A stretch of DNA of 64,000 nucleotides from Sediminibacterium sp. GTDB lineage: Bacteria; Bacteroidota; Bacteroidia; Chitinophagales; Chitinophagaceae. A program made the translations under genes and the position numbers. The stretch is from assembly GCA_965283715.1 (NCBI GenBank), contig CBDIPL010000004.1, positions 199,780-263,779 on the forward strand. The letters are read 5' to 3'. Shown one piece after another: positions 17,887-28,037 of the stretch. The first letter of the stretch is position 1, and each line of letters opens with the position of its first letter. The notes under the pieces are model-generated. The model had not been told where the DNA came from. It did not search any database and saw only the letters and a program-made list of their open reading frames with translations.

Positions 17887-19086
17887 TTACATTTTCTTAT
17901 CTAACCCGAGGCCTGTTTCAATATGTTCAAATTCTGGTATATACTTATTCAACCATGTAACAATGTCGGATTTTTCAGTATCAGGTTTAAGCAACAATTT
18001 TTTCAACTCATCAATGATCTCGTTAAACGCACTGGGAGTATAGGTAGCTTTCTTGCTAATTACACCTAAGGCAGTATATCTTTCCAAAGAATATTCTTCA
18101 TCGTCTGTATAAAACTCTTCGTATAATTTTTCTCCGGAAGTATCTGTTTTAAAAAGGTATACAGGATACTTTCTTTCTGACAGTAAATGCATCATACTTC
18201 TGGCTTCACTGTCTGAAGAACAGATATAAGGCTCGTACCCAAGTTCTCTTAATAATACAGGGAAAATATCTGCAAAATTGATAAGGTCAGTTTTCATATC
18301 CAGTTTAGGAAAGAATATTTCAGCGCTCTTACCCAGAATACAAGCCATCAAACATATTTCGCCCGATTCCTGTGGAGATACAAAAAAACGGGTAACATCC
18401 GAAGGGCATGACAAAGGTTGTTGCTTTTCTATTCGTTTCAGAAAACCTTCGAGCAGGCTACCATTAGAGAACGCAACGTTGGCAAACCTTGCGGTTGATA
18501 TGTTGAAAAGACCTGAGTAAGACAGGATCAATTCTTCCATCATTTTTTTACTTGCACCCATGATATTTACTGGGTTGGCCGCCTTATCAGTTGATACGCA
18601 GAAAAAATTTTGAGGTGGGTAATCGATTAACAGATCAAGCAGACCTTTCGCTTTAATCAGGTTGTTTTCCAGCAATGCCTCAATTGAATAAATATCCTTC
18701 TCGCTTCGTACATGTTTGTGCGCTGCAAAATTTGCTACCACATGAAAAGGTCCATGCGCTTTAAATAACTTTGCAAAAGCAGGATTGTCAAAAGACAAAG
18801 GATAAGTATAGAATTCAGCAGGGATAAACTGGTTCTCGGTACTCCTCAGATCGCGTACCAGCTCGGTTAATCCATTCTCATTAATATCAACCACCACCAG
18901 TTTATTCGGATGAAATTTTAAAGCCGCCTTAATAAACGAAGAGCCAATGGTTCCGGCGCCTCCGATTACGATTAGGTTCTTGCCGGTAAGACTTGCCGAT
19001 AATGCTGCCTTATTATTTTCCAGATCGTTAAAAAAAAGACTCTTCTCTCTTTTTAAATATTGTAGAATAAATTTCTCTGTATTCAT
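17887..19086 (-). CDS. Soluble about 400-aa UDP-GlcNAc 4,6-dehydratase-like protein (Polysacc_synt_2; LgaA-type size and architecture)
   Basis: IGGAGTIGSS, VDINENGLTELVRDLRS, FAAHKHVRSE, STDKAANPVNIMGASKKMME, ARFANVAFSNGSL, SGEKLYEEF. Confidence 0.85.
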   Translation of the reverse strand: MNTEKFILQYLKREKSLFFNDLENNKAALSASLTGKNLIVIGGAGTIGSSFIKAALKFHPNKLVVVDINENGLTELVRDLRSTENQFIPAEFYTYPLSFDNPAFAKLFKAHGPFHVVANFAAHKHVRSEKDIYSIEALLENNLIKAKGLLDLLIDYPPQNFFCVSTDKAANPVNIMGASKKMMEELILSYSGLFNISTARFANVAFSNGSLLEGFLKRIEKQQPLSCPSDVTRFFVSPQESGEICLMACILGKSAEIFFPKLDMKTDLINFADIFPVLLRELGYEPYICSSDSEARSMMHLLSERKYPVYLFKTDTSGEKLYEEFYTDDEEYSLERYTALGVISKKATYTPSAFNEIIDELKKLLLKPDTEKSDIVTWLNKYIPEFEHIETGLGLDKKM

Positions 19087-19142
19087 ACTGTTTTAATGAT
19101 GCTCGTTTTTAAAATATATTTCAGGTGCTTGTTCAAGCGCTG

Positions 19143-19172
19143 CAATAATAATCAAAACCCTTCGGAAGCAAA
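19143..19172 (-). promoter_or_regulatory. Candidate sigma-A promoter TTTG-N18-TATTATTG for the 17887-19086 gene
   Basis: The -33 TTTG is at 19172-19169; the -7 variant is at 19150-19143 (one mismatch), about 57 bp upstream of the ATG. Confidence 0.45.
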
Positions 19173-19236
19173 AAAGATCATATAAGCCTGTTGGCAAAAA
19201 GGATTATAATGATCTTTTAAGGAATTGCAGGAGTAA

Positions 19237-20272
19237 TTATTTCCTCCTTAATACAGAATGCTTAATAAACTTCCATAATAAAAAAGGCAAGAATACAGGT
19301 AGAACCGACAGCGATCAGCATTTTTAAGCTCCCAATCAAATCTGAAAGCTGTAAACTAATCATTGAATTAATCACGATCATATGGTAAATGTAAACGCCA
19401 TAAGAAATATCATTGCCGTTCAATAATCTTTTGGAAAGATATCCCTTGATAAATGCGGCAGACAATATCAGGCACCATAAGATCAGGTAGATATCCAGCC
19501 AAAAAGATTGGGATAATAAGATGGTTCGTATAAATGCAATGTGAAACTAAAGAAGAAAGAATACACTCCATACACAATAAGCCATACGTGAAACTTGTCC
19601 GTAAAAAACTTTTTAATATGTTCCCAATTCAAACAGGTAACAATACCTAAAAAGAAATAGTGAAAATAAGGGGCAAGGCTAATATGCAGCAGTTTGTTAT
19701 ATATCAATTGATTATCCATATCTTTCAATAAAACGCCTGTAACTATTGAAAGAATAAAAATTGCCATTATGATGCTGTAGAAAATTTTAGCACCTGCCTT
19801 TTTCAGCATCAAAATTATAAGGGGAAGAAACAGATAAAACAGCAATTCTACTGCAATGGTCCATAAACTGCCATTAGGCACCCCAACACCCCAAACCTGC
19901 AAGTATTCCGGTGTATAAAATTGAAAAAAGGTGACCTGACAAATCGCCCATTTAGTATAGTCAAGCGATAATAATGTGGCAGGACCAATAATGCGAAAGC
20001 ACAGAAGAGCAACTACTGTAATCATAAAGCATATCCACAGTGCCGGGTATAACCTGTAAATCCTATTTCGGAAATAAATTTTAAAATCTGGGTTTCGCAA
20101 ATATGAATTGGTAATTAAAAAACCAGAGCTCCCGAAAAAGATTGATACACCTGGAAAAAAAGCAAGGATGTTAAATGCCGAAGGCAGATACCTGTTAAGC
20201 TGCAAACAAACGGATAAGATCAAAATTATTAACTTTATCAATCTTGCCTAATATATAACCTTTCTTTTCCAT
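19237..20272 (-). pseudogene. Decayed acyltransferase family 3 (OafA-like O-acetyltransferase)
   Basis: ATG 20272 gives MEKKGYILGKIDKVNNFDLIRLFAA then TAA (20197-20195). FPGVSIFFGSSGFLI, NGSLWTIAVE and DISYGVYIYHM lie in different frames, with further frameshifts at about 19488 and 19280-19285. Confidence 0.85.
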
Positions 20273-20322
20273 TGTATGAATGTGTTTTAAAAGCTTTTTT
20301 TACATGATTAAGGTAAATATTA

Positions 20323-21222
20323 TTATTGGGAAAAAGCTCGAATCGATATCCTCAGGCCGTTTTCACTATCTATAGGCAAGGGCTTTTTTAGCGCATTGCG
20401 TAATTTTTGTGTATCCACTATATAATTCTCAGTTAACTTTTTCAATTTTGCCGTATTAAGCGGGAAATGTATTTTATCTCCGACGCGCGCAACAAATTCA
20501 ATAAAGGAGCGGCTTATTTTTAAGAACCTGATTTTCATTGAAAGCTCTTCACCCATTATTCTGATGACCTCATTTGTTGATAAAGCTTTGTCATCTGCCA
20601 GATTGTAAATCCCTTGTGGAATATCATTTCTTTGCACCAATTCCCTGATCACAAAACAAAGGTTGTCTACACTAAGAAAAGACCGCATATTTTCAAAAGC
20701 TGCCAGTGGGTAAGGAATACCTTTTTTTACCAGATTATACAATAAATTGAGGTTGCCTTTATTACCTGGGCCGTGTATCATGCATGGCCGAAGTATGTAT
20801 AATTTTTTATTTGCAGGAATTGTTTTTGAAAGAAGGTATTCTTCTGCCAGCAATTTTGATTTTCCGTACGCCGTTGCCGGCTCCGCAGTCGTGTTTTCGG
20901 TTAGTGAACCTATTACAGTATCCGCAGCGGCTTTTACCGAACTCAAAAAAATAAAAACTGTTGCATTTGATAAGAGGAATGTATCAAATATTTTTTTGGT
21001 GAGCTCAGTATTAACCTCGTAATAAACGGATGGATCTGATATATTTTTAACATCATGTGCCTTACCTGCCAGGTGAACGACAGCATCAATATGGGCTGGC
21101 AATTTTTCGGAGATACCGTTTCTAAGACTTACACTAGAGGTATCAATACCATTATTTTTAGCATACGCTACCAGGTTGCTTCCTACAAAACCTGACGCAC
21201 CCGTTATCATTATTTTTTTCAC
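20323..21222 (-). CDS. NAD-dependent epimerase/4-reductase (WbpV/Qnr-like; candidate UDP-4-keto-6-deoxy-GlcNAc reductase)
   Basis: ITGASGFVG, HLAGKAH, SSVKA, YGKSK, RPCMIHGPGNKGNL. Confidence 0.8.
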   Translation of the reverse strand: MKKIMITGASGFVGSNLVAYAKNNGIDTSSVSLRNGISEKLPAHIDAVVHLAGKAHDVKNISDPSVYYEVNTELTKKIFDTFLLSNATVFIFLSSVKAAADTVIGSLTENTTAEPATAYGKSKLLAEEYLLSKTIPANKKLYILRPCMIHGPGNKGNLNLLYNLVKKGIPYPLAAFENMRSFLSVDNLCFVIRELVQRNDIPQGIYNLADDKALSTNEVIRIMGEELSMKIRFLKISRSFIEFVARVGDKIHFPLNTAKLKKLTENYIVDTQKLRNALKKPLPIDSENGLRISIRAFSQ

Positions 21223-22418
21223 TTCAAATAATTTAAGATAGAGGATGCCAATTGACTATTAAGGTTTGACCTTTTGAACTTATTAATAAATTCAGTTCTT
21301 ACTTCGGAGTGATATTTATAATCGAGGAGTTGCTGCACAAAGGAATCCACATCGCCAGGGTTAAATACAATTGTATTGGGTACTTGCGTTTGTATAAATT
21401 CTTTGGCATATCCATTTACTCCGGCGATAATTGGTTTATCATATGCCCCAAGCTCAAATATTTTGGAAGGCAAGACTTTTTTGAATGCCTCATAATCATT
21501 TAAGTGTATAAAGAAAAAATCACATTCAGCATACAGCTTCATCAAATCCGCTCTTTTCATCGGGTCGATTAGTTGTACATTGGTTAAGTTCATTTTTTTT
21601 ATCTCATTGCTTAATTTACTTTTTGCGCCACCATCGCCTACCACGAGAAATTCGTACTTGCCACACAATCTTTGTGCTGCAGCGGGTATAACAATATGCA
21701 AACCCTGCCCTTCCCCGATATTACCGGCATAAATAATTTTACGTACACCGGTATCATTACCCGGTTCAATTTCATTTGTGTTTTTTTGAGGAACCGTTTT
21801 ATTTACCGTAAGAAACTCATTATCAATTCCATTTGAGAAAAAAGAATAGGCCGGTTTTCGGTATTTCTTAAAATAAGATGCAAAGCCAGCCGATATCAGG
21901 TTGATGTGTTTGGCGTGTGAAAAAGTTCTTTGTTCAATAAATTTTAATACGGGTATTACAAATATTTTGAATACTGGATTTTTCAGCACATCTTCCATTG
22001 TATCCGTAAAAATATCACGCACATCAAGATATAACGGCTTATGTTTTTGTTTTGAAATACGGTAGCCTAAAAAAGCAGTAAACAACCTGCTTGATGATGC
22101 AAAAACAAGGTCATAGTTTTCGATTCTTACTATCTTCCCCACTTCTTTGTAAAAAGTATAGAATGAAAGAATCTGGTCGGTAAAGCCACTTTTGTGTTCC
22201 GGAATAGTTATCCTGTGTATAGTAATATTTCCTTTTGTTTCCAGTAAAGGCGCATCTACCTTAAAGGTATTGTACCTGTTGGGTTTTGTAGTAATGATCA
22301 CAATTTCCCCTGAATCGCCCAGCTGTTCCGATAATTCTTTTGCAAGCGGTGTATTACGAAAGGAGCCTGCGCACAAATCTGGTTCAAAATAAAAGGTGAG
22401 ATATAAAATCTTTTTCAA
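21219..22418 (-). CDS. Glycosyltransferase family 4 (WbuB/Cap5L-like)
   Basis: LYLTFYFEPDLCAGSFR, YAGNIGEGQGL, VLPSKIFELGAYDKPII. Confidence 0.85.
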   Translation of the reverse strand: MKKILYLTFYFEPDLCAGSFRNTPLAKELSEQLGDSGEIVIITTKPNRYNTFKVDAPLLETKGNITIHRITIPEHKSGFTDQILSFYTFYKEVGKIVRIENYDLVFASSSRLFTAFLGYRISKQKHKPLYLDVRDIFTDTMEDVLKNPVFKIFVIPVLKFIEQRTFSHAKHINLISAGFASYFKKYRKPAYSFFSNGIDNEFLTVNKTVPQKNTNEIEPGNDTGVRKIIYAGNIGEGQGLHIVIPAAAQRLCGKYEFLVVGDGGAKSKLSNEIKKMNLTNVQLIDPMKRADLMKLYAECDFFFIHLNDYEAFKKVLPSKIFELGAYDKPIIAGVNGYAKEFIQTQVPNTIVFNPGDVDSFVQQLLDYKYHSEVRTEFINKFKRSNLNSQLASSILNYLK

Positions 22419-24010
22419 TTAAAACGAATTGTAGTAGTAAGTAAAGAATCAAAGTTAACTTTTACACAAGTACTTTCCCGTGTTTCATTAAATGCTGTTG
22501 CCTGCTGATAGGTTTGTTTCATAATCTGCAGGTGCCCCGTAAAATTAAGGTGAACCGTATCGTTGACAATAACTGTTGCCGAGGTTTCATTTATTTCTAT
22601 TCTACTGTGCCAATCAAAATGAAAACAGGCGGTAACAGGCAAATTCGTCTTATTGCCGATAACCTCATCCCTGATATCAATTCCATTTTTTTCAGCTGTA
22701 AATGTTCTTGAATGTATGATACCGAATTCTTCTTGGTAACCGTTATGCGATGCTTTTAAAAAACCGGCTGAGTCTACATGAATGGTCATTTTGGCTCTCT
22801 TACCTACACGAAACCCGCCCCATATCTGAGACTGATTTTTAGCATTTACGGTAACCGTATTATGAGCGGAAGTTCCTCTTTCCCGCGCCCGTTCAGCATT
22901 TGACTGGTAAGTGCTGATGCCTGTATCAACAACGATGGGTTGATTATCGTGTTGTAAACAAAAACTCAGCATATCACTGTGCGCATGGCCAGGCTGGTAT
23001 GAGGGAATAATATCACCGGCATCAATAATCAATTCATACTTATTGTTCAACATTTTGCGATAACCGGATTCTTTTAATTCTTTTACATTGGCAACAATTC
23101 CTGCTTCAGCCGCTGCGCTCCTCACATCTTTAGCTAAGGGGGCAATGCCGCCGGTGGCATCATTAAAATAGGCCCAACTATCATCACTAAAAGAAAAGGA
23201 ATTGAACCAGCCTAACATATCCGATATCTTATTCTTTATAAAAGCTGTATCAAAAAAATACCAGTGAGCTTTATCGACGGTACCGGCTATCAGGATAAGT
23301 TTACCCGTTAAGATAAGATGGTACATGGGTGAGCATTCGTAGTGGCCACCATCAGGGAGTACCTGTTCATTCACCTGTTGTTGTAACCCGTTCCAGGCTT
23401 TTTTTGCAAGATCTTCATCTTGCAATGCCATTGCCGAAAATACGAGTGTTACATAATTCTCTAAAAGATGGTTTGCCTTAATATGAAACTCAAGGTTATT
23501 TTGTAAATAATCAATCTGAAGCTTCAATGCTTTTTCGAACAGATCAGAACGGTAGCCTGTATTAGTATAAAACAAGATCCAGTTCACCACGCGTAAAGAA
23601 ACAGGATATGGTTCCGGTTTAACAATCCCATTTATAAGATCCGCCGCAAATGATTCTATCAATGATGCTTTTTCTGAATTATTTATTACTGAGTCATGAA
23701 GAAAATCAAAATACTGGAGATTGTAATTCCATAATTTTCCATAGGCGCTGAAATTCCAATCAATGTTTTCTGCGAAATGATGTGTGAGATTAAGAAAGGA
23801 AAAAGAATGGCTGCCAAGATACCTGCCCTTAGCTGGTATCAACGTTGTGTAATTAATAGAAGGAACAGCATGAAGTGTGTGCTGAGCATACTTTGTATAG
23901 TTGCCCAGGCGTATGAATCGTGTTTTAAAACGGTACCATAACTGATACCTTACCTGTACAAGTTGTAAATGCTTTACGGTATTAAAAACAGCTAGTAATC
24001 TCCCCAGCAC
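22415..24010 (-). CDS. Heparinase II/III-like protein (WeeF-like)
   Basis: KLWNYNLQYFD, PYPVSLRVVNWI, NHLLEN, DGGHYECSPMYH, PGHAHSDMLSF, DTGISTY, RGTSAHNTV. The GTG start at 24010 overlaps the wecB stop. Confidence 0.85.
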   Translation of the reverse strand: MLGRLLAVFNTVKHLQLVQVRYQLWYRFKTRFIRLGNYTKYAQHTLHAVPSINYTTLIPAKGRYLGSHSFSFLNLTHHFAENIDWNFSAYGKLWNYNLQYFDFLHDSVINNSEKASLIESFAADLINGIVKPEPYPVSLRVVNWILFYTNTGYRSDLFEKALKLQIDYLQNNLEFHIKANHLLENYVTLVFSAMALQDEDLAKKAWNGLQQQVNEQVLPDGGHYECSPMYHLILTGKLILIAGTVDKAHWYFFDTAFIKNKISDMLGWFNSFSFSDDSWAYFNDATGGIAPLAKDVRSAAAEAGIVANVKELKESGYRKMLNNKYELIIDAGDIIPSYQPGHAHSDMLSFCLQHDNQPIVVDTGISTYQSNAERARERGTSAHNTVTVNAKNQSQIWGGFRVGKRAKMTIHVDSAGFLKASHNGYQEEFGIIHSRTFTAEKNGIDIRDEVIGNKTNLPVTACFHFDWHSRIEINETSATVIVNDTVHLNFTGHLQIMKQTYQQATAFNETRESTCVKVNFDSLLTTTIRFN

Positions 24011-25101
24011 TATGGATAGAGATTTACCAATGTTGAAATAATGCGTTCCGCAGTGTGCCCGTCCCATAGTGGAGGAATGGCACCTTTTTTCCACTTACCT
24101 GAGAACAATAATTCAAAAGCAGGTGGAAGATTAGCCGGATCGGTACCAATCAGTTCATTGGTCCCTATCTCAACGGTTTCAGGTCTTTCTGTGTTATTAC
24201 GTAACGTGATACAAGGAATTCCCATTACAGTTGTTTCTTCCGTAATGCCACCACTATCTGTAATAACAGCTTTCGCATGTTTTACCAGATAGTTAAATTC
24301 AAGATAAGACATTGGTTCCACCATAATTACATTGGCTGCAGTAATACCAAGACGTTCCAGGTTTTTAGCTGTTCGCGGATGTACCGGGAAGATTATAGGT
24401 AACCCTTTTGAACCTTCAATAATGGTTTCGAGTAATATTTTTAATTTCTGCTCACCATCTACATTTGCCGGGCGATGCAAAGTGATCACAAAATAATTGC
24501 CTTTCTGAAGCTGTTTTTCATTCCATACGGATGGCTGCAAAAAATTTGCTTCCTGTTTGAGTAGTGTATCGATCATTGTATTGCCTACAAAATGTATGCG
24601 GGTATCAGCTACACCTGCTTTACGCAGGTTACTGTTGGCTACTTCGGATGTGGTAAAGAAATGATCTGATATAGCATCTGTAACCATTCGATTTATTTCC
24701 TCGGGCATGGTTAGATCGTTCGAGCGGATGCCTGCTTCTACATGTACTACCTGTACGCATAATTTTTTGGCCACCACTGAACAGGCAAGTGTAGAAGTAA
24801 CATCACCAACAACAAGTACAACATCAGCGGGATGTTCAATAAGTTCTTTTTCGAATTTTACCATGATGCCTGCCGTTTGCTCGGCCTGTGTGCCGCCACC
24901 GCTTTCGAGATTGGCATGTGGATGCGGGATACCCAACTGCTCAAAAAAACTATCGCTCATGTTCTTGTCGTAATGTTGACCTGTATGAACAAGGCGATAT
25001 GCAATACTACGGTTAGTCGTATTATGTTTTTCAATAGCCTCAATAATGGGCGCAATCTTCATAAAATTAGGTCTTGCGCCTGCAATTAGTGTTATTCTCA
25101 T
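24010..25101 (-). CDS. wecB: UDP-N-acetylglucosamine 2-epimerase (non-hydrolysing)
   Basis: GARPNFMKIAP, HTGQHYD, VGDVTST, HVEAGIRS, MPEEINR, TLHRPANVD, TDSGGITEE, ERPET. Confidence 0.93.
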   Translation of the reverse strand: MRITLIAGARPNFMKIAPIIEAIEKHNTTNRSIAYRLVHTGQHYDKNMSDSFFEQLGIPHPHANLESGGGTQAEQTAGIMVKFEKELIEHPADVVLVVGDVTSTLACSVVAKKLCVQVVHVEAGIRSNDLTMPEEINRMVTDAISDHFFTTSEVANSNLRKAGVADTRIHFVGNTMIDTLLKQEANFLQPSVWNEKQLQKGNYFVITLHRPANVDGEQKLKILLETIIEGSKGLPIIFPVHPRTAKNLERLGITAANVIMVEPMSYLEFNYLVKHAKAVITDSGGITEETTVMGIPCITLRNNTERPETVEIGTNELIGTDPANLPPAFELLFSGKWKKGAIPPLWDGHTAERIISTLVNLYP

Positions 25102-25107
25102 AGTTCT

Positions 25108-27231
25108 TTAATCAACGTTTATCCAGCTGCCTTCCTGTAAACTTTTCAATGCAGCAAAAGAAGTTTTTGTAGTATTTATCAGTTCATCGAAGGGAATAAG
25201 TGGCGCTCCACCTTCTTTTACCTGTTTGATCAAACCGGCAAATTGTGCTTTATGACCTTTATCAATTGTACTGCTGTAAGAAGAAAATCCTTTGAAACCG
25301 TAACCTGTCAGTTTTCTGAAATTATCAATGACCATTGTTTTTCCCTGGCTAAAAATTTCCACCCTTTCTTTAGGATACGCCTTACTTCCATTAGAAAAAT
25401 AATTGATCACGCCCTGGGATCCGTTCTCAAATTTTACCGTAATGATCGCATTGTCTGTATTGTCTGAAGGACTAGTACCCAATGCACTCATCATTACCTG
25501 TTTTACTTTACTTCCCGTTAGATAGATCATAAGGTCAATAAAATGACAAGCTTCACCGATGATGCGTCCGCCACCTACCTGCATATCCTGCACCCATACA
25601 TCCGGCGGAATGAACCCGGCATTCATAGTAGCTATGATATTAATTGCCGGGGAAGGCTCACCCAATAATTTTTTTGCTTTTTCAGCAAAGGGAGAGAATC
25701 GTCTGTTAAACCCAACGCTTATAGATAAGGGTTTTGATGCTTTGGTATAGGCTTCAATAATATTTTGCAAACCGTGTTCATCAATTGCCAATGGTTTTTC
25801 AACAAAAACATTTTTACCAGCAGAGAGTGTTTCCACTACCATGGCTGCATGCATATGATGTCTTGTGGTAATCATTACTATATCAACCTCGCTATCATTC
25901 AGTATCTCTTTGTAATCCGTTGTACTAAATTCAAATCCGTACTTGTTAGCGAGCGCTTTTGCAGTAAGACCACCGGCACTGGAAATATATTTATAGTGTG
26001 CACCTGCTTTTTTCAGAGCGGGCATTACTGTCATCTTGGTAAAATTTCCTGCACCGATAATACCCACTACACCATTGGAAGGTTTGGTAACATATGATTT
26101 TACAGCTACGGTTGTTCCTGTTGATGTTTCATGTATCGGGTATTCGAGAATTGAGGCGATTGAGCCGCCACCGATACTATTATAGATAGCCAGATAATCC
26201 TGTAATGCTACACGCTCAGTGATCAGTGGCTGAACCTGTATATGTTTTTTGGCAATGGCATTTAGTACCGTTTCAAAGTTTCTTTTTTCGGTCCAGCGGA
26301 TATAGCCGACCGGGTAGTCTATTCCTTTTTGTTCGTAATCTTCATCATAGCGGCCAGGTCCATAAGAACAGGAAACCTGGAAGCTTAGTTCTTTTTTGAA
26401 AAAATCTGCACGTTGTATGTCAAGCCCAATCACACCCACCAATACGATTCTTCCTTTTTTACGACTCATCTGTGCAGCCTGGCTGATCACATCATTGCTT
26501 TTGGTAGAGGCGGTAATGATCACTGCATCTGATCCCATACCATTGGTAATCGATTCAACTGTTTTTACAACATCTGTATTAGAAGCCACAAAAGCTTTCG
26601 CGCCTTTCTCATTAGCAATAGCAACTTTCTTTGCATCAAAATCGAATCCGATTACATTACATCCGTTTGCCAGTAACAATTCTAGAGTAATTAATCCGAT
26701 CAACCCCAACCCAATCACTACTACTGTTTCACCCATGGTAGGATTGGCAAGACGTATGCCCTGTAACCCTATAGAACCAATTACCGTGAAAGAAGCTTCT
26801 TCATAGCTTACATTATCAGGTATTTTCGCTACCAGGTTTTTAGGTATACATACGATCTCTGCATGATGCCCATTACTTGCTACCCTATCTCCTACAGAAA
26901 ATTCTGAAACACCTTCTCCTACTGCAATTACTTCGCCGGCATTGCAATAACCAAGTGGTAATGGTTCATCAAGTTTATTGAATACAGCTTCGAGTGTAGG
27001 AAGCAACCCTTCTGTTTTGATTTTTTCAAGAACTTGTTTTACTTTTTCAGGTTGCTGTCTGGCTTTACTCAGGAGGTTTCCTTTTCCAAACTCAACAAGC
27101 ATTTTTTCTGTACCAAGACTTACCAGTGATCGGTGTGTTTTGATCAATACATGGCCCTTTCTTACAATTGGGGCAGGTATTTCTTCTAAGATTGTATCCC
27201 CTTTTTTAAGATCCTGTATAATTTGTAGCAT
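25108..27231 (-). CDS. Bi-domain oxidoreductase (zinc-binding dehydrogenase-like plus Gfo/Idh/MocA; WeeE-like)
   Basis: SLVSLGTE, PLGYCNAG, GLGLIG, SCSYGPGRYD, RWTEKRN, then GIIGAGNF, VEKPLA, VGFNRRFSP, GEACHFID. Confidence 0.88.
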   Translation of the reverse strand: MLQIIQDLKKGDTILEEIPAPIVRKGHVLIKTHRSLVSLGTEKMLVEFGKGNLLSKARQQPEKVKQVLEKIKTEGLLPTLEAVFNKLDEPLPLGYCNAGEVIAVGEGVSEFSVGDRVASNGHHAEIVCIPKNLVAKIPDNVSYEEASFTVIGSIGLQGIRLANPTMGETVVVIGLGLIGLITLELLLANGCNVIGFDFDAKKVAIANEKGAKAFVASNTDVVKTVESITNGMGSDAVIITASTKSNDVISQAAQMSRKKGRIVLVGVIGLDIQRADFFKKELSFQVSCSYGPGRYDEDYEQKGIDYPVGYIRWTEKRNFETVLNAIAKKHIQVQPLITERVALQDYLAIYNSIGGGSIASILEYPIHETSTGTTVAVKSYVTKPSNGVVGIIGAGNFTKMTVMPALKKAGAHYKYISSAGGLTAKALANKYGFEFSTTDYKEILNDSEVDIVMITTRHHMHAAMVVETLSAGKNVFVEKPLAIDEHGLQNIIEAYTKASKPLSISVGFNRRFSPFAEKAKKLLGEPSPAINIIATMNAGFIPPDVWVQDMQVGGGRIIGEACHFIDLMIYLTGSKVKQVMMSALGTSPSDNTDNAIITVKFENGSQGVINYFSNGSKAYPKERVEIFSQGKTMVIDNFRKLTGYGFKGFSSYSSTIDKGHKAQFAGLIKQVKEGGAPLIPFDELINTTKTSFAALKSLQEGSWINVD

Positions 27232-27251
27232 AGTATTCGAAAGAAATTATA

Positions 27252-28034
27252 TTAATAACTAAAACCGCTTCGGTTAAGAACGGTTTGCTTTTCTATACGG
27301 TTGGGATAATTAATAAGTACCGCTTTATATTTTCCTTTGAAAACAAACAGGCTACCCGCTGCTGCCCCGATCACCCCAACCTTACTGATCAGATCAGAAA
27401 GATCATCAAGTGATGAGGCTCCCCCAATTACAGTAAGTGGAAGTGTAACTGCCTGCCGGATTTCTTTGATAAGTTTCAGATCATATCCGTCCATCATTCC
27501 ATCATGGTCAACTGAATTGATCACGATTTCTCCGGCGCCTGCTGCTTCACATTGCTTTGCAAAATCAACTGGACTTAGCCCTGTTGATTTTGTTCCATTG
27601 TGCGACACTACTTCCTGTTTTCCAAAAAAAGATTTTGTTTTCACATCGATCACAACTATCACACTCTGTGTTCCTACAGCATGTGCCATTTCTGTAATGA
27701 TGCTACGATTTTCCAGTGCAATGGAACTGATCGCTACTTTTTCTGCGCCAAGCGAAATAATTTTCTTGGCATGCTCTACCGTTTTAACCCCTCCGCCATA
27801 GCACAAGGGCATACGACTTTCGATGGCAATGTTTCGAATCAACTCAAAGTCAGGTTCCCGGTTCTCTGCAGTTGCATCAATGTCTAAAAGTATCAGTTCA
27901 TCTACTTCCTTTTCATTGAAGATTTTTACTGCATTCAAAGGATCGCCTACATATTTACCATCTTTGAATTTGACGGTTTTTACCAATCCTTTATTTCTTA
28001 CCAGAAGGCATGGTATGATACGAGGTCGGAGCAT
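27252..28034 (-). CDS. HisF-like cyclase subunit of the acetamidino-modification system (WbuZ/AglZ-type)
   Basis: RIIPCLL, VGDPLNAVKIFNEKEVDE, YGGG, DHDGMMDGYD, AAAGSLFVF; directly next to the HisH-like and WbuX-like genes. Confidence 0.88.
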   Translation of the reverse strand: MLRPRIIPCLLVRNKGLVKTVKFKDGKYVGDPLNAVKIFNEKEVDELILLDIDATAENREPDFELIRNIAIESRMPLCYGGGVKTVEHAKKIISLGAEKVAISSIALENRSIITEMAHAVGTQSVIVVIDVKTKSFFGKQEVVSHNGTKSTGLSPVDFAKQCEAAGAGEIVINSVDHDGMMDGYDLKLIKEIRQAVTLPLTVIGGASSLDDLSDLISKVGVIGAAAGSLFVFKGKYKAVLINYPNRIEKQTVLNRSGFSY

Positions 28035-28037
28035 GTA

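Noticed and set aside
17887-19086. Calling the locus a standard legionaminic or pseudaminic acid pathway because of the LgaA-like dehydratase plus neuA/neuB
   Set aside because: The required DegT-type aminotransferase, acetyltransferase and hydrolysing epimerase or nucleotidase are not in the window.
27264-27276. AACCG-CTT-CGGTT hairpin near the end of the hisF-like gene
   Set aside because: A 5-bp stem inside coding sequence of a continuous operon; too weak to call a terminator.
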